Assembly (NCBI GenBank): GCA_016840095.1
Contig: JAEOSZ010000099.1
Location: forward strand, 1-64,000
DNA: 64,000 nucleotides
From: Candidatus Heimdallarchaeota archaeon
GTDB lineage: Archaea > Asgardarchaeota > Heimdallarchaeia > Heimdallarchaeales > Heimdallarchaeaceae
Direction of reading: 5' to 3'
Shown here: positions 1 to 9,208 of the stretch, piece after piece
Position numbering within the stretch: the first letter of the stretch is position 1
Layout of the letters: every line of letters starts with the position of its first letter
Notes under the pieces: model-generated
Database searches by the model: none
Told to the model about the DNA's origin: nothing
Seen by the model: the letters and a program-made list of their open reading frames with translations, nothing else
Program-made: the position numbers and the translations under genes

Positions 1-1249
1 CACGAGTAATGAATCCCTCGTCTTGTAGAATATCTGTGTGATGTTTGAAAGTTCCTCCACGTAATCCAGTATCTTCAGAAAGTTCTTTTTGATACTGTGG
101 AGAGTTTTCCAATATCTTCAACAATTTTAATCGATTTTTATCACCTAACGCAGATAGTAATTCAGCAGCATTTTCGTAAAACTGTTCAAGAGCTTCAACA
201 TCTACTCTGCCATTTGGACTAATAAGATCTGTATCGTCTCCTACATCCAGAACTTTTCGAACACCTTTTTTTCTGTCACCAGCAGCTGTTCGGAAAGTTG
301 ATTCAAGATTCCTTCCAACAGAATTTACTACTTTAGCGACATACTCTGAGATAGTACCATCCTCACCAATTTTATCACGAGATATGATTATTGGACCCTG
401 CCCTTTTTTCTGAGCTGCACGAATCTTTCCAGCTCTTCTTTGGAGTCTAGAAAACTCTCTTCTAGTTTGAGCAAGTTCTGAACGTGTTCTACTCAAATGA
501 GACATAGAGTCCATGAGTACTTTTTCTTCTCGTAAAAGATCTTTCTCTATCTCTACCTGTTTCTTGACGTCTCCATCTCTATATGCGTGTTCTAAACTAC
601 GTTGGATGGAATTTACATATCTTCTAGCTTCATCAACGCTTCTTCTAGCTTCATCAACTTCCTTTTGTGCTGCATCAATACGTTTACGTTCTTTACCAAC
701 GTCATGTTTCATTTCGGCATAATCTTCATCAGATAATTCAATTACCTTGGTAATTTTTTCTGTTTCCTGTTCTAGAAACTTATGTAAATCTTTGGAAACT
801 TTTTCTGATATTTTCTTGGCAGTTTTCATTCCTTCTGCTGATGCTTTTTCAACCTTTTTCATGATATTCTTCATTTTGTCTTTAAATTCTTCAGATTCAA
901 AGTCAAAGTTGAAATCAAAGTTAAAGTCATCTGCAAAAAAACCTTTTCCAGGATGTAAAGGCTTTACTGGCTTAGCTGGTCTAGGAGGTCTGGCTGGTTT
1001 AATTGGTCTAGCTGGTTGTGGAGCTCGAGGAGCATGATGTTCGCGTTCCTCTTTCTCCTTACTTCTCTTTGCCTTTTCAAGATCTCTTTGTAGTCTTTCG
1101 TTTAACCTACGTTCTTTTTCTTCAATCTCTCTTTGTGAAGCATCAAAATCCTTGTATGCTTCAGCTTGAGATTTGGACAAATTTTTGATTAAATTTTTTA
1201 ATTCTTCAATTTCGTCCCTTAGTTCTTCAATTTCGTCTTCTTTTGACAT
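1..1249 (-). CDS. Coiled-coil protein with Pro-rich linker and C-terminal ArsR-type winged HTH (runs off window)
   Basis: Not in ORF track. ATG at 1249 after GGTGA RBS, open to base 1. Reads MSKEDEIEELRDEIEELK...APRAPQPARPIKPARPP...ELLSALGDKNRLKIVKILENSPQYQKELSEDTGLRGGTFKHHTDILQDEGFITR, an ArsR-like ending. Confidence 0.85.
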   Translation of the reverse strand, partial: MSKEDEIEELRDEIEELKNLIKNLSKSQAEAYKDFDASQREIEEKERRLNERLQRDLEKAKRSKEKEEREHHAPRAPQPARPIKPARPPRPAKPVKPLHPGKGFFADDFNFDFNFDFESEEFKDKMKNIMKKVEKASAEGMKTAKKISEKVSKDLHKFLEQETEKITKVIELSDEDYAEMKHDVGKERKRIDAAQKEVDEARRSVDEARRYVNSIQRSLEHAYRDGDVKKQVEIEKDLLREEKVLMDSMSHLSRTRSELAQTRREFSRLQRRAGKIRAAQKKGQGPIIISRDKIGEDGTISEYVAKVVNSVGRNLESTFRTAAGDRKKGVRKVLDVGDDTDLISPNGRVDVEALEQFYENAAELLSALGDKNRLKLLKILENSPQYQKELSEDTGLRGGTFKHHTDILQDEGFITR

Positions 1250-1260
1250 TTTTTTTCACC

Positions 1261-1485
1261 TCAATAATGATCATAAGAATCCCTCCCTCTGATGGATTCA
1301 AAACCGGACTGAACAATATCTTCAATTTCTTCGCGGAGGTCGGATAAGTCGTCCTTAAGATAGTCCATCACTTCACTGAGCGATTCTTTTAGATTACTAA
1401 CTAACTCCTTAAATGATTCCTTGAATTCTGGATACCAGTCTTCAACGGAGTTATCGTTAATTATTATTTTATATTCTTGATTCAA
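1261..1485 (-). CDS. Small acidic helical protein
   Basis: ORF track 1261..1497; GGTGA RBS precedes TTG at 1485; stop abuts the RBS of the downstream gene. Confidence 0.65.
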   Translation of the reverse strand: MNQEYKIIINDNSVEDWYPEFKESFKELVSNLKESLSEVMDYLKDDLSDLREEIEDIVQSGFESIRGRDSYDHY

Positions 1486-1619
1486 ACAGGTCACCAAATA
1501 AGTTGAGTTTCTGTATTCTTTTTCTTTACTAATCTTCTGGCTCTCTCTAAATCACTTAATTCTCCTTTTAGTCTGCGGATCTCCTGATCCAAACTTTTTA
1601 GGGTTTCTTGATAGTTCAT
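1470..1619 (-). CDS. 49-aa coiled-coil micro-protein
   Basis: Not in ORF track. AGGTGA RBS then ATG at 1619: MNYQETLKSLDQEIRRLKGELSDLERARRLVKKKNTETQLFGDLFESRI*. Overlaps the start of the next gene. Confidence 0.7.
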
Positions 1620-1641
1620 TGCAATCACCTTGTTGATTATT

Positions 1642-1773
1642 TACAGATTTCTGGATAACTTCTAGTTTTCTGTAACTATTCATTCACAAAGACCTATATA
1701 AATGTTTTCTAATATAACTTACAGAAATCTGTACATTGGTTGTTTTTTGGATGTACTACTACAGAAGTCATTG
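1642..1773 (-). promoter_or_regulatory. BRE/TATA promoter flanked by TACAGA-N2-TCTGTA operator-like boxes
   Basis: Minus-strand AGAAAAC-ATTTATATAG at 1694-1710; boxes at 1642-1655, 1661-1674, 1720-1733 (perfect arms) and a half-site at 1760. Confidence 0.6.
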
Positions 1774-1981
1774 AAAATACCCTTAGATTGGGTTTTGTAA
1801 GATCTTCTAACTTATTGTAGGTGTGTTCAATATGAGATTCTATTTTTCAGATATTGCGTAGATGATACCGATATATTTTATTTAGATTCTGAGTTATAAC
1901 TTGGATTAAATAATAATTGTGAGTTTAATAACCAAATTGACGTTAATCTAACAGAAACGTTTCGTATGTAGTTGAATAAAA

Positions 1982-2674
1982 ATGATTAACTTAGAGAAAG
2001 AACAAAAGGAAGTAGCTTTAAGTTATGAACAAATTGATATTACAGAAGGCTATGTAAAAGCATATGAGTCTATTTCTGAAGAATCTAAAATTAAACTAAC
2101 ACCTAAACTAAAAGAAAAGATATATCCTGAAGGTGTTAAGAAAGTCACTTATAGTCCTCAGACTGAATCAGTGTACTACTACAAAACAAGTAGTAAAACA
2201 GATGTTCCGTATAGCAAACAATGGGAGATTTTTGAAGATAGAGGAGCACTAGTTGAAAGTCAACTTATTGAGCAACTAATTGACATTGATATAATTAATA
2301 ATGATTTTCAAGCCATAAGTAAAGAAGAAGAAAGAATTGAGGAAATGCTCAATGGTGAATTGATTGCATCTATTGAAGAATTTCTACTAATTTATGGATC
2401 AAAGGCATTCCGATATCGTATTGATAAAGGAGAAAAGGAGAAATGCAGCATTATTTGTTTTAATAGAACAAGCATCAAAGAAGAAATTGTTTTGTTCTTT
2501 ACAGATAAGCACATTGTTCTTAATAGAGAAGATGAAGAAGGGAATACACATCAAAGAGCTATGAAATACATGAATAGGCCTATTGTAAGTTGGTATTTTG
2601 AGGGACTTCTTCGGATAAAAAGATTGAGGGATAAACAGAAAGTGTACTCAAATAAACTTTCGAGGAAGAAGTAG
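1982..2674 (+). CDS. Hypothetical protein
   Basis: 230-aa ORF, no recognised motif. Confidence 0.7.
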   Translation: MINLEKEQKEVALSYEQIDITEGYVKAYESISEESKIKLTPKLKEKIYPEGVKKVTYSPQTESVYYYKTSSKTDVPYSKQWEIFEDRGALVESQLIEQLIDIDIINNDFQAISKEEERIEEMLNGELIASIEEFLLIYGSKAFRYRIDKGEKEKCSIICFNRTSIKEEIVLFFTDKHIVLNREDEEGNTHQRAMKYMNRPIVSWYFEGLLRIKRLRDKQKVYSNKLSRKK

Positions 2675-2811
2675 AAAATAGCTTTGTTTTTAAAGGATAT
2701 ATAAACAAAATCATATCCTCCAGATATCTCTCTATATAATACTTGTTCTTTAATTTGGTTTAGAGAGTTTTGTTTAGTGAATTAACATCAAAAATTCAAA
2801 AGGTGATAGCG

Positions 2812-3078
2812 ATGTTATATGAAATAAACTCCATTTATTGTTCAAGGTGTAAAGAATTTACATCAATATTTGATGCAATGAATCCAAATTTTTCTTCAAC
2901 TGAACTTATCTGTTCTGATTGTGGAAAAATATTGGTAGTTATGAAAACAAAAATGCAAACAAAATTTGATTCCACATTTAGTTCAAAACAATTGGAAAAT
3001 TACATCAAGAAGGAGAATCAAAAAACTGCTAAAGAGCTGAGTATACATAGAGTATCATTAGGAACCAATACTGCATGA
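2812..3078 (+). CDS. Small zinc-ribbon protein
   Basis: CSRC...CSDC pair; AGGTGA RBS before ATG 2812. Confidence 0.7.
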   Translation: MLYEINSIYCSRCKEFTSIFDAMNPNFSSTELICSDCGKILVVMKTKMQTKFDSTFSSKQLENYIKKENQKTAKELSIHRVSLGTNTA

Positions 3079-3146
3079 AAAACATAATTCTCTCAACTCC
3101 TCAATCATACAACTTTTCAATGTTACTTATGATAGACTATTAGACA

Positions 3147-4364
3147 ATGAAAGAAACAGAGATTGCAATTGCTGGAGGAGGACCGGCTGGATTAATAGCT
3201 GCTAAAACAGCTGCTCAGAAAGGGAAAGAGGTTGTTCTCTACGAGTCAAAAGAGCAGATTGGTGTTCATGAACATTGTGCTGGTCTGTTAAGCATTGATG
3301 GATTGGAAAGGTTAAAGTTAAAGAATCTCCCTTCAGATATTATTCAAAATTCGGAAGTTAAAGGAGCGAAAATATATTCTCCAACAGGTCAAACTATTTC
3401 TGTTTCAAAAAATAAACCTACTGCTTTTGTTGTTAATAGAGCAAAATTTAATCAATTTCTGTTTCATGAAGCCTTAGATAAGGGAGCTTCTATAGAAACA
3501 TCGTCTAGGGTAATTGGAATAGAGAGAGTTAGAGAATCAATAGTACTTAAACTTGGTAAAAAAGCAACTTCAACCAACATTAAATGCAAAATTGCTATTC
3601 TTGCTGAAGGAAGATTCCCCAAACTAAATTATGAAGTTAATCTTCCATCGCCTTCCAAAAATTCTATTGTATTTTCTTCCATGTACATAATGAAAAATGT
3701 GAAAGATTTAGATCTTGAATATGTAGAACTCTATCAAGATCAGAAATATGCCCCTGGTTTCTTCACTTGGATAATTCCAATTGATGAAAATTCAGCTAAA
3801 GTAGGATTAGCCTCAAGTAAGGTTCCTGCAAGCAGCTATCTAAATTCCTTCATCAATAAACATCCAATTGCTAGTAAAAAATTAACAAAAGCTGTTATTG
3901 ATAGGAAAATGAGTGGAGCAATTCCCCTTGGATCTTTCATTAAGAAAACATATGCTGACAATATTCTTATTGTTGGAGATGCCGCGGGTCAAACAAAACC
4001 TACAACTGGTGGTGGTGTAATCTTTGGTGGTATAGCTGCTGGCTTTGCTGGTGAAGTAGCTAGTGATGCAATCTCAGCAGAAAACTATACTTCTAAGTAT
4101 CTTTCTAGATATCAAAAGCTATGGAAACAAGAGTTCAAGCTAAATCTGAAAGTTATGAGAATTGTTCGATCATATATTGACACATTAACTCACAAAGATC
4201 TTGAAAGACTTTTTCTTTTATTAAATAAACCTCATCTGAAAAGCAAAATTTCTGAAACAGGAGATGTAGATAATCAAAAAACTATAGTATTTAACTTACT
4301 TATGAGTTTGAGACTCTGGCCAATTCTTTTGTCAACAGGTTTGAAATTTATACTAAAAAAATGA
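3147..4364 (+). CDS. Geranylgeranyl reductase family FAD oxidoreductase
   Basis: GGGPAG dinucleotide fold, HCAG, PGFFTWIIP, VGDAAGQTKPTTGGGV. Confidence 0.9.
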   Translation: MKETEIAIAGGGPAGLIAAKTAAQKGKEVVLYESKEQIGVHEHCAGLLSIDGLERLKLKNLPSDIIQNSEVKGAKIYSPTGQTISVSKNKPTAFVVNRAKFNQFLFHEALDKGASIETSSRVIGIERVRESIVLKLGKKATSTNIKCKIAILAEGRFPKLNYEVNLPSPSKNSIVFSSMYIMKNVKDLDLEYVELYQDQKYAPGFFTWIIPIDENSAKVGLASSKVPASSYLNSFINKHPIASKKLTKAVIDRKMSGAIPLGSFIKKTYADNILIVGDAAGQTKPTTGGGVIFGGIAAGFAGEVASDAISAENYTSKYLSRYQKLWKQEFKLNLKVMRIVRSYIDTLTHKDLERLFLLLNKPHLKSKISETGDVDNQKTIVFNLLMSLRLWPILLSTGLKFILKK

Positions 4365-4401
4365 AAAAAGAAGTAGTGACAATTTGTTGTATTGCACTAA
4401 A

Positions 4402-4866
4402 TTAGTATCTTGTTTTTAAACCAGATAACTTTAACTTAACTTTGACTGAATTTTGTGTGATTACCTTGTAATCAGATGACCCTAGGGGAACAGCCAAGTC
4501 ATGGTCGATAATTTTGTCATCATTCTTTCCTGGATCTCTTTCGAAAACATGAAATGGAACCTGTACTACTCCTCCTCGTGGTGCATCTCTAAATTCCGAA
4601 TAGAGTGTTATTCCATCAGGAGGTTGAAAAACTTCATTTTTCTCAAGATTAATTGAACCTCTATTAGGTATCCTACCACTGTAGCTTGGTCTTTCTCCAA
4701 CTCTAAAGTACAGTTCTGATTCATTTCCTAAAAGATCTCTATCTTCCAGGACCTTAATTGAAACTAACTCAATCCTTACTAAGAACCTGTCTTCAAATTC
4801 TTTAGAATCCCTTTGCCCTCGAGCATAAGTGTCCTTGTAAACTTTCTTTACAACTCTTCTTCCCAT
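4402..4866 (-). CDS. C2-like beta-sandwich protein (putative)
   Basis: VRIELVSIKVLEDRDLLGNESELYFRV and FHVFERDPGKNDDKII resemble the acidic loops 1 and 3 of C2 domains; GGTGA RBS. Confidence 0.55.
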   Translation of the reverse strand: MGRRVVKKVYKDTYARGQRDSKEFEDRFLVRIELVSIKVLEDRDLLGNESELYFRVGERPSYSGRIPNRGSINLEKNEVFQPPDGITLYSEFRDAPRGGVVQVPFHVFERDPGKNDDKIIDHDLAVPLGSSDYKVITQNSVKVKLKLSGLKTRY

Positions 4867-4991
4867 TTAATCACCTTGTATCTAATTCCAATAGTATTCT
4901 TATATATCTTTGCTAATGTCATTTAAGTAATTAGAATGGATTTGACCATAAAACCTAAACATTATATTTGACATACTTTTGTGTTGAGTTT

Positions 4992-6149
4992 TCATTCATT
5001 CCTCAAAAACTCAACTAGACAGAATTTACCTCTTCTTGTTGATGGTATTCTTTCACCCACTTTGTAATTACTGTCAGGGAGTAAGATTTCTAGTATACCT
5101 TCCCAAATATAGAGAACAAAATCACATAAATCGCGTTTGCCTTCTACACATTTTTCTCCTGGTGCATAAGTACAATAAGCTCTTGCTGGATATTCTACGT
5201 ATGCAACTCTTCGGGAAATGCTTGAAGTAATATCTGTAGGTAAGTAATTCTTGAGATCTTCTGTTGATTTAACCTGCAAAGCTTTAGTAACGTACTGACC
5301 AATCATTGAGGATATTTCCTTGATATCTTGTTCTGAATCTCTGATATTTATTAATAGAAATTCAATTAAGAATAGAATATGAGTGTCTGTAAACTCTTCC
5401 TTTGCTTTCTTCACATTTGAATCTTCTACATCACTAAAGAAGGTGGTAGTTATTTCTGCCAAAACCTTGTGGAATAAAGGTAAAACCATTGTTGAAGGAT
5501 ATTCTTTCAATATTGGAGAAAAGATTGTCTCAAGGTCAAGATCCAGACTCGCTCTTATTTCTTCTTCTTCAACCGGAACTGATGGTTGAATTGGTAAACT
5601 GGAAGCTCTTTCTGTTACAGTTTGAGGTTGAGCTGTTAACATACTAGACTCACCTGAAATTGCTTTTGTTCGTATTATAGGAATTTGAGTGTCTACTTTC
5701 TGAATAACAATTTGAAGCTGTTGAGATTCAAATTGACTTGGTATTTGTTCTACTCTGACATCTGAATCAAAGAGGAAGTATCCTAAAGCCTTCATTATTC
5801 CTGATACTATCACTAGATAGGGGTGATGTGTCGATTCAGAAGAAATGAATCTGTTTGCTCCAAGTTGAATAATTGCATTATCTTCATTCTTTTCAATACT
5901 GATGTTTTTCCATCCCAAAACTTCCATTAAAAGATCAAATTGCTCTTCAATACCAAGATCTCTGTGAGGAGTGAAAAAATTGAAGACAGCATCAGCTATA
6001 GCACCTGTGATAACTTGTTCAGTATCTCTGTTACTAACATCAAAAGAAGCTATAATCTTCTCCAGAGAATTTATTAGAATTTTTGTTGCTTGTAGAGCTC
6101 GTAATTTGTCACTACCTTTGTTAGTCCACGTTGGCGAATAACCACTCAT
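4992..6149 (-). CDS. Tandem V4R/Bet3(TRAPPC3)-like domain protein (putative)
   Basis: N-domain LGW...IVSGIMKAL; C-domain C...C...LCDFVLYIWEGIL...GKFCLVEF, typical of the V4R fold; low-complexity linker. Confidence 0.55.
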   Translation of the reverse strand: MSGYSPTWTNKGSDKLRALQATKILINSLEKIIASFDVSNRDTEQVITGAIADAVFNFFTPHRDLGIEEQFDLLMEVLGWKNISIEKNEDNAIIQLGANRFISSESTHHPYLVIVSGIMKALGYFLFDSDVRVEQIPSQFESQQLQIVIQKVDTQIPIIRTKAISGESSMLTAQPQTVTERASSLPIQPSVPVEEEEIRASLDLDLETIFSPILKEYPSTMVLPLFHKVLAEITTTFFSDVEDSNVKKAKEEFTDTHILFLIEFLLINIRDSEQDIKEISSMIGQYVTKALQVKSTEDLKNYLPTDITSSISRRVAYVEYPARAYCTYAPGEKCVEGKRDLCDFVLYIWEGILEILLPDSNYKVGERIPSTRRGKFCLVEFLRNE

Positions 6150-6397
6150 CGAAATCGTCCTTTGTATTTTGAAAATATTCTATACTAAGATTGGAAAATG
6201 CTAATATAACCTTTATGATGGTTTCCATCGTAAAACGCTATATGAAATGATTTTAGCAGTTTTGGTACACCAAATGGTATTCTGATGGATTCAATCTGAA
6301 AAGAGAAACCTATGCATTTATAAAAATAGTTTAATTCAAAAAGCTTAAAACACCAACCTTTACGTAACTCTATAGAGAATCAATCGCGTGATTAAAT

Positions 6398-6580
6398 ATG
6401 AGCAAAATGATTGATATGCCAAGATGTACAAGCTGCAATAAAGTTATTAGTCCAAGTGATGAAGGAGATACACGTTTCTCATGCCCAAACTGCAATGATG
6501 TTTTAATCATAAGATGTCCAAAATGTAGACTCTTTGGAAATGAATACGTATGTCCAAAATGCAACTTTAAAGGTCCATAA
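6398..6580 (+). CDS. Zinc-ribbon micro-protein, DUF1610/HVO_2753 family
   Basis: Four CxxC motifs, ends CPKCNFKGP; conserved position upstream of aEF-1beta. Confidence 0.9.
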   Translation: MSKMIDMPRCTSCNKVISPSDEGDTRFSCPNCNDVLIIRCPKCRLFGNEYVCPKCNFKGP

Positions 6581-6593
6581 AAAGGTGAAAATG

Positions 6594-6863
6594 ATGGGTG
6601 AAGTTTTATTAGTATATGAAATTAGACCAGAAACTCCAGAAGTAACTCCAAAAAAATTGGAAGAATTAGTTCGATCAAAGCTTCCTGAAAATGTGAAAAT
6701 GCAAGATAATCCCGAGGAAAAACCATTATTCTTTGGTTTAATTGGTATAATTGGACAATTCATTATTCCTGAAGAAGATGGAGCACAAGATAATCTAGAA
6801 GAGACTCTCAATTCAATAGAAGAAATATCCTCAATTCAAATGACATTTGTTACCAGATTGTAG
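6594..6863 (+). CDS. ef1b: Translation elongation factor aEF-1beta
   Basis: MGEVLLVYEIRPE...PLFFGL...; GGTGA RBS at 6584 (start 6591 or 6594). Confidence 0.92.
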   Translation: MGEVLLVYEIRPETPEVTPKKLEELVRSKLPENVKMQDNPEEKPLFFGLIGIIGQFIIPEEDGAQDNLEETLNSIEEISSIQMTFVTRL

Positions 6864-8970
6864 ATTCTTTCCTCCCTTTTAGTCCCTCTTTTTCATTTTC
6901 AAAAGATTTTTGCATAGTAATTTTTATTGCCAATCCTTTAGTCCAATCATTTTTGTCTAAATCTTCAATAGTCAAACCATAATCGTATTTTTTCGCGATT
7001 TCATTAACTATCATGAATCCTAAGTGCTTACGAAGTGTTTCATCAAATGGGGATTCATCAATAACCCTTTGAATTTCATCGTTTAACTCAGGCTCAATAC
7101 CTTTTTTATCAAGAATCATTAGTTCAAAGAATTCCTGTTCATCTTCAACCAATTCTCTACCGGTGATATCTATGTTTATCTCTCTGTTCTCAGTTTTCAG
7201 AATTAAACTTTTCAAAACATAATAAAACATGTCATAAAGGAATACTCCACCTAAGATTTTGATTACACTTGGTAAGTTAACCTCTATATTGAATTCTTTT
7301 TCACTATGCTCTTCTTTGACTTTTTCAAGTAATCTTAGAATAGTCATTTTAAGTGGAACAAAATGAACCTCTACTCCACTTGAGACATCTAGTACGTTTG
7401 AGAGTAATCGAATATCTTGAACAATTCCAGTACCTCGTTTCACAAGTGTATTCACTCTTTCTAAAATAACATTCTCGTCAGGAGGAATGCTGTCAGTTAA
7501 AAGTTCATAATAACCAGAAATTCCGAAAAGAATGTTATAAATATCATGAGTTAATACATTGAGATACATTTTAGATCTGTTTGAATATTCTTCTGCAATA
7601 GATTGTAATTTAGTTGCTTCAGAAATGTCTACTAGAGATAAAACTACACAATATTCTCCAGTCAAATTGTTTATAGTTGGGGAGAATTGTGCAAAAAATG
7701 TTCTTGAATCTTTTTTACCCATCTGAAATACCTCTATCTCAAGTTTCATAGTGTCCTTTGCTATGTTAGTCATAACATCACGAGATTTCTGAAGCATTTC
7801 CTTAGCTTTATCTGAATCTAAACTCAAAAGATGATCCAGTTTCAGGCCTAAAGTTTCATCATGATCAAGACCGAAGGTTGTCTCTGCTTGCTTATTCAAA
7901 TATATTATTTCGAATCTATTATTTACAAGCATTACAGGAAAAGAAGAAAATTCTGAAGTTTGAGTTATCTGTTGTATATCATCAAGAAGTCGTTTTCTTT
8001 GAAGCGTTAAGAATAATTGATTAGCCATGATTCTAAGAAAATGAATATTGGATTCAGATAATCGTTCTGCAGTATCTGATATTACAACTAAAAACCCTAA
8101 CATCAGATTTGTGGAACCAATTGGAAGTATAACTCCATGCTGCTCATCAAATTGTGAGAAGTTAACTTCTTCTATTTTATTTGGTGTATTGTAATATGGC
8201 AGATTTGAAATCACAAGTTGAGGAGATTTATAGTATTCTCTAACTTGATCACTTAGTCCCATGTCTCTAACTAATGAAACTTCATCAATATCTTTAATGA
8301 AAACACCAAGACCATCTATATCCGTCTTTAGTTTGATTTTTGGTAGTATTCGATCAAGAATGAGCTGAATTTCAGTAGTTTCAAGTGTAAGATTTGACAT
8401 CTCAACAATTAGATCTGTTTGATGTAATTTCTGATCAGAACTATATTGATTATACCAAAAAGCAAGCATTTCGGTTATTAGTAAAGATATTTCTTCAATT
8501 ACCATTAGATATTTTTCTTGGTTATGTTTCACAGTATTTGGATAGAGAAAAACACTAACCGCACCAATAGTAATTTCCCCAAAATACATGGGACATATAA
8601 TGAATTCATTAACGTTTTGACTTTTTAAAAATAATTTATAATCTTGGTCTTCAGCAATAGTCTCAATTGAAAACCACCCTGTATCCGATTTTGCAAATGC
8701 ATCTGTATATGGATTCTTCTCATCAAAAGCATCCATCTCAATTTCTAAATTGCCTTTTAAAATCTGCTCTTCCTCTATGTAGAGGGGGTAAAGATATTGA
8801 TTTTCATGATCATAGTAGCTAACTAAAATTATAACCGGGTCTAATGCTTTTCTTATAATCTTACATGCTTTTTGAATCATTGCAATTTTTGTTCTACTAT
8901 CAAGTAAATCCCCACTAGATAATGATTTGAGAAATTCTACAATTGATGCAATTACAAGATTTTCATCCAT
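6850..8970 (-). CDS. GAF-GAF-PAS sensor histidine kinase-like protein with degenerate ATPase domain
   Basis: GAF motifs (CPMYFGEITIGAV; LPIGSTNLMLGFL), PAS (IIYLNKQAETTFG), H-box LTHDIYNIL; N/G1/G2 boxes degenerate. Confidence 0.8.
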   Translation of the reverse strand: MDENLVIASIVEFLKSLSSGDLLDSRTKIAMIQKACKIIRKALDPVIILVSYYDHENQYLYPLYIEEEQILKGNLEIEMDAFDEKNPYTDAFAKSDTGWFSIETIAEDQDYKLFLKSQNVNEFIICPMYFGEITIGAVSVFLYPNTVKHNQEKYLMVIEEISLLITEMLAFWYNQYSSDQKLHQTDLIVEMSNLTLETTEIQLILDRILPKIKLKTDIDGLGVFIKDIDEVSLVRDMGLSDQVREYYKSPQLVISNLPYYNTPNKIEEVNFSQFDEQHGVILPIGSTNLMLGFLVVISDTAERLSESNIHFLRIMANQLFLTLQRKRLLDDIQQITQTSEFSSFPVMLVNNRFEIIYLNKQAETTFGLDHDETLGLKLDHLLSLDSDKAKEMLQKSRDVMTNIAKDTMKLEIEVFQMGKKDSRTFFAQFSPTINNLTGEYCVVLSLVDISEATKLQSIAEEYSNRSKMYLNVLTHDIYNILFGISGYYELLTDSIPPDENVILERVNTLVKRGTGIVQDIRLLSNVLDVSSGVEVHFVPLKMTILRLLEKVKEEHSEKEFNIEVNLPSVIKILGGVFLYDMFYYVLKSLILKTENREINIDITGRELVEDEQEFFELMILDKKGIEPELNDEIQRVIDESPFDETLRKHLGFMIVNEIAKKYDYGLTIEDLDKNDWTKGLAIKITMQKSFENEKEGLKGRKESTIW

Positions 8971-9208
8971 TTTTAATCCCGATTTTCTTTAACTGGAATA
9001 ATTTGAGCAGTAGTTACTATTCTTCTATGCTAATGATAAGATGACTTATTTAAATCGATTTTGTATAACTGAAGGTAAATAGTCGTTTTTATCAAGTAAT
9101 ACGAACATCTTGAAATGAATTTATAAAATAGCTTCTATTGGCCATTTCAGATAAAGTAAAGTTAATCAATATTAATCAGAACAATTAGTTATAGAAGAGG
9201 AGATTAAA

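Noticed and set aside
513-1037. Plus-strand ORFs 513..722 and 747..1037 (GLAGLGGLAG)
   Set aside because: Antisense shadows of the minus-strand coiled-coil/Pro-rich gene, which has an RBS and a recognisable domain.
6850-6863. Convergent 3' overlaps (also 21072-21075 and 30045-30064)
   Set aside because: Short tail-to-tail overlaps are ordinary in compact archaeal genomes.
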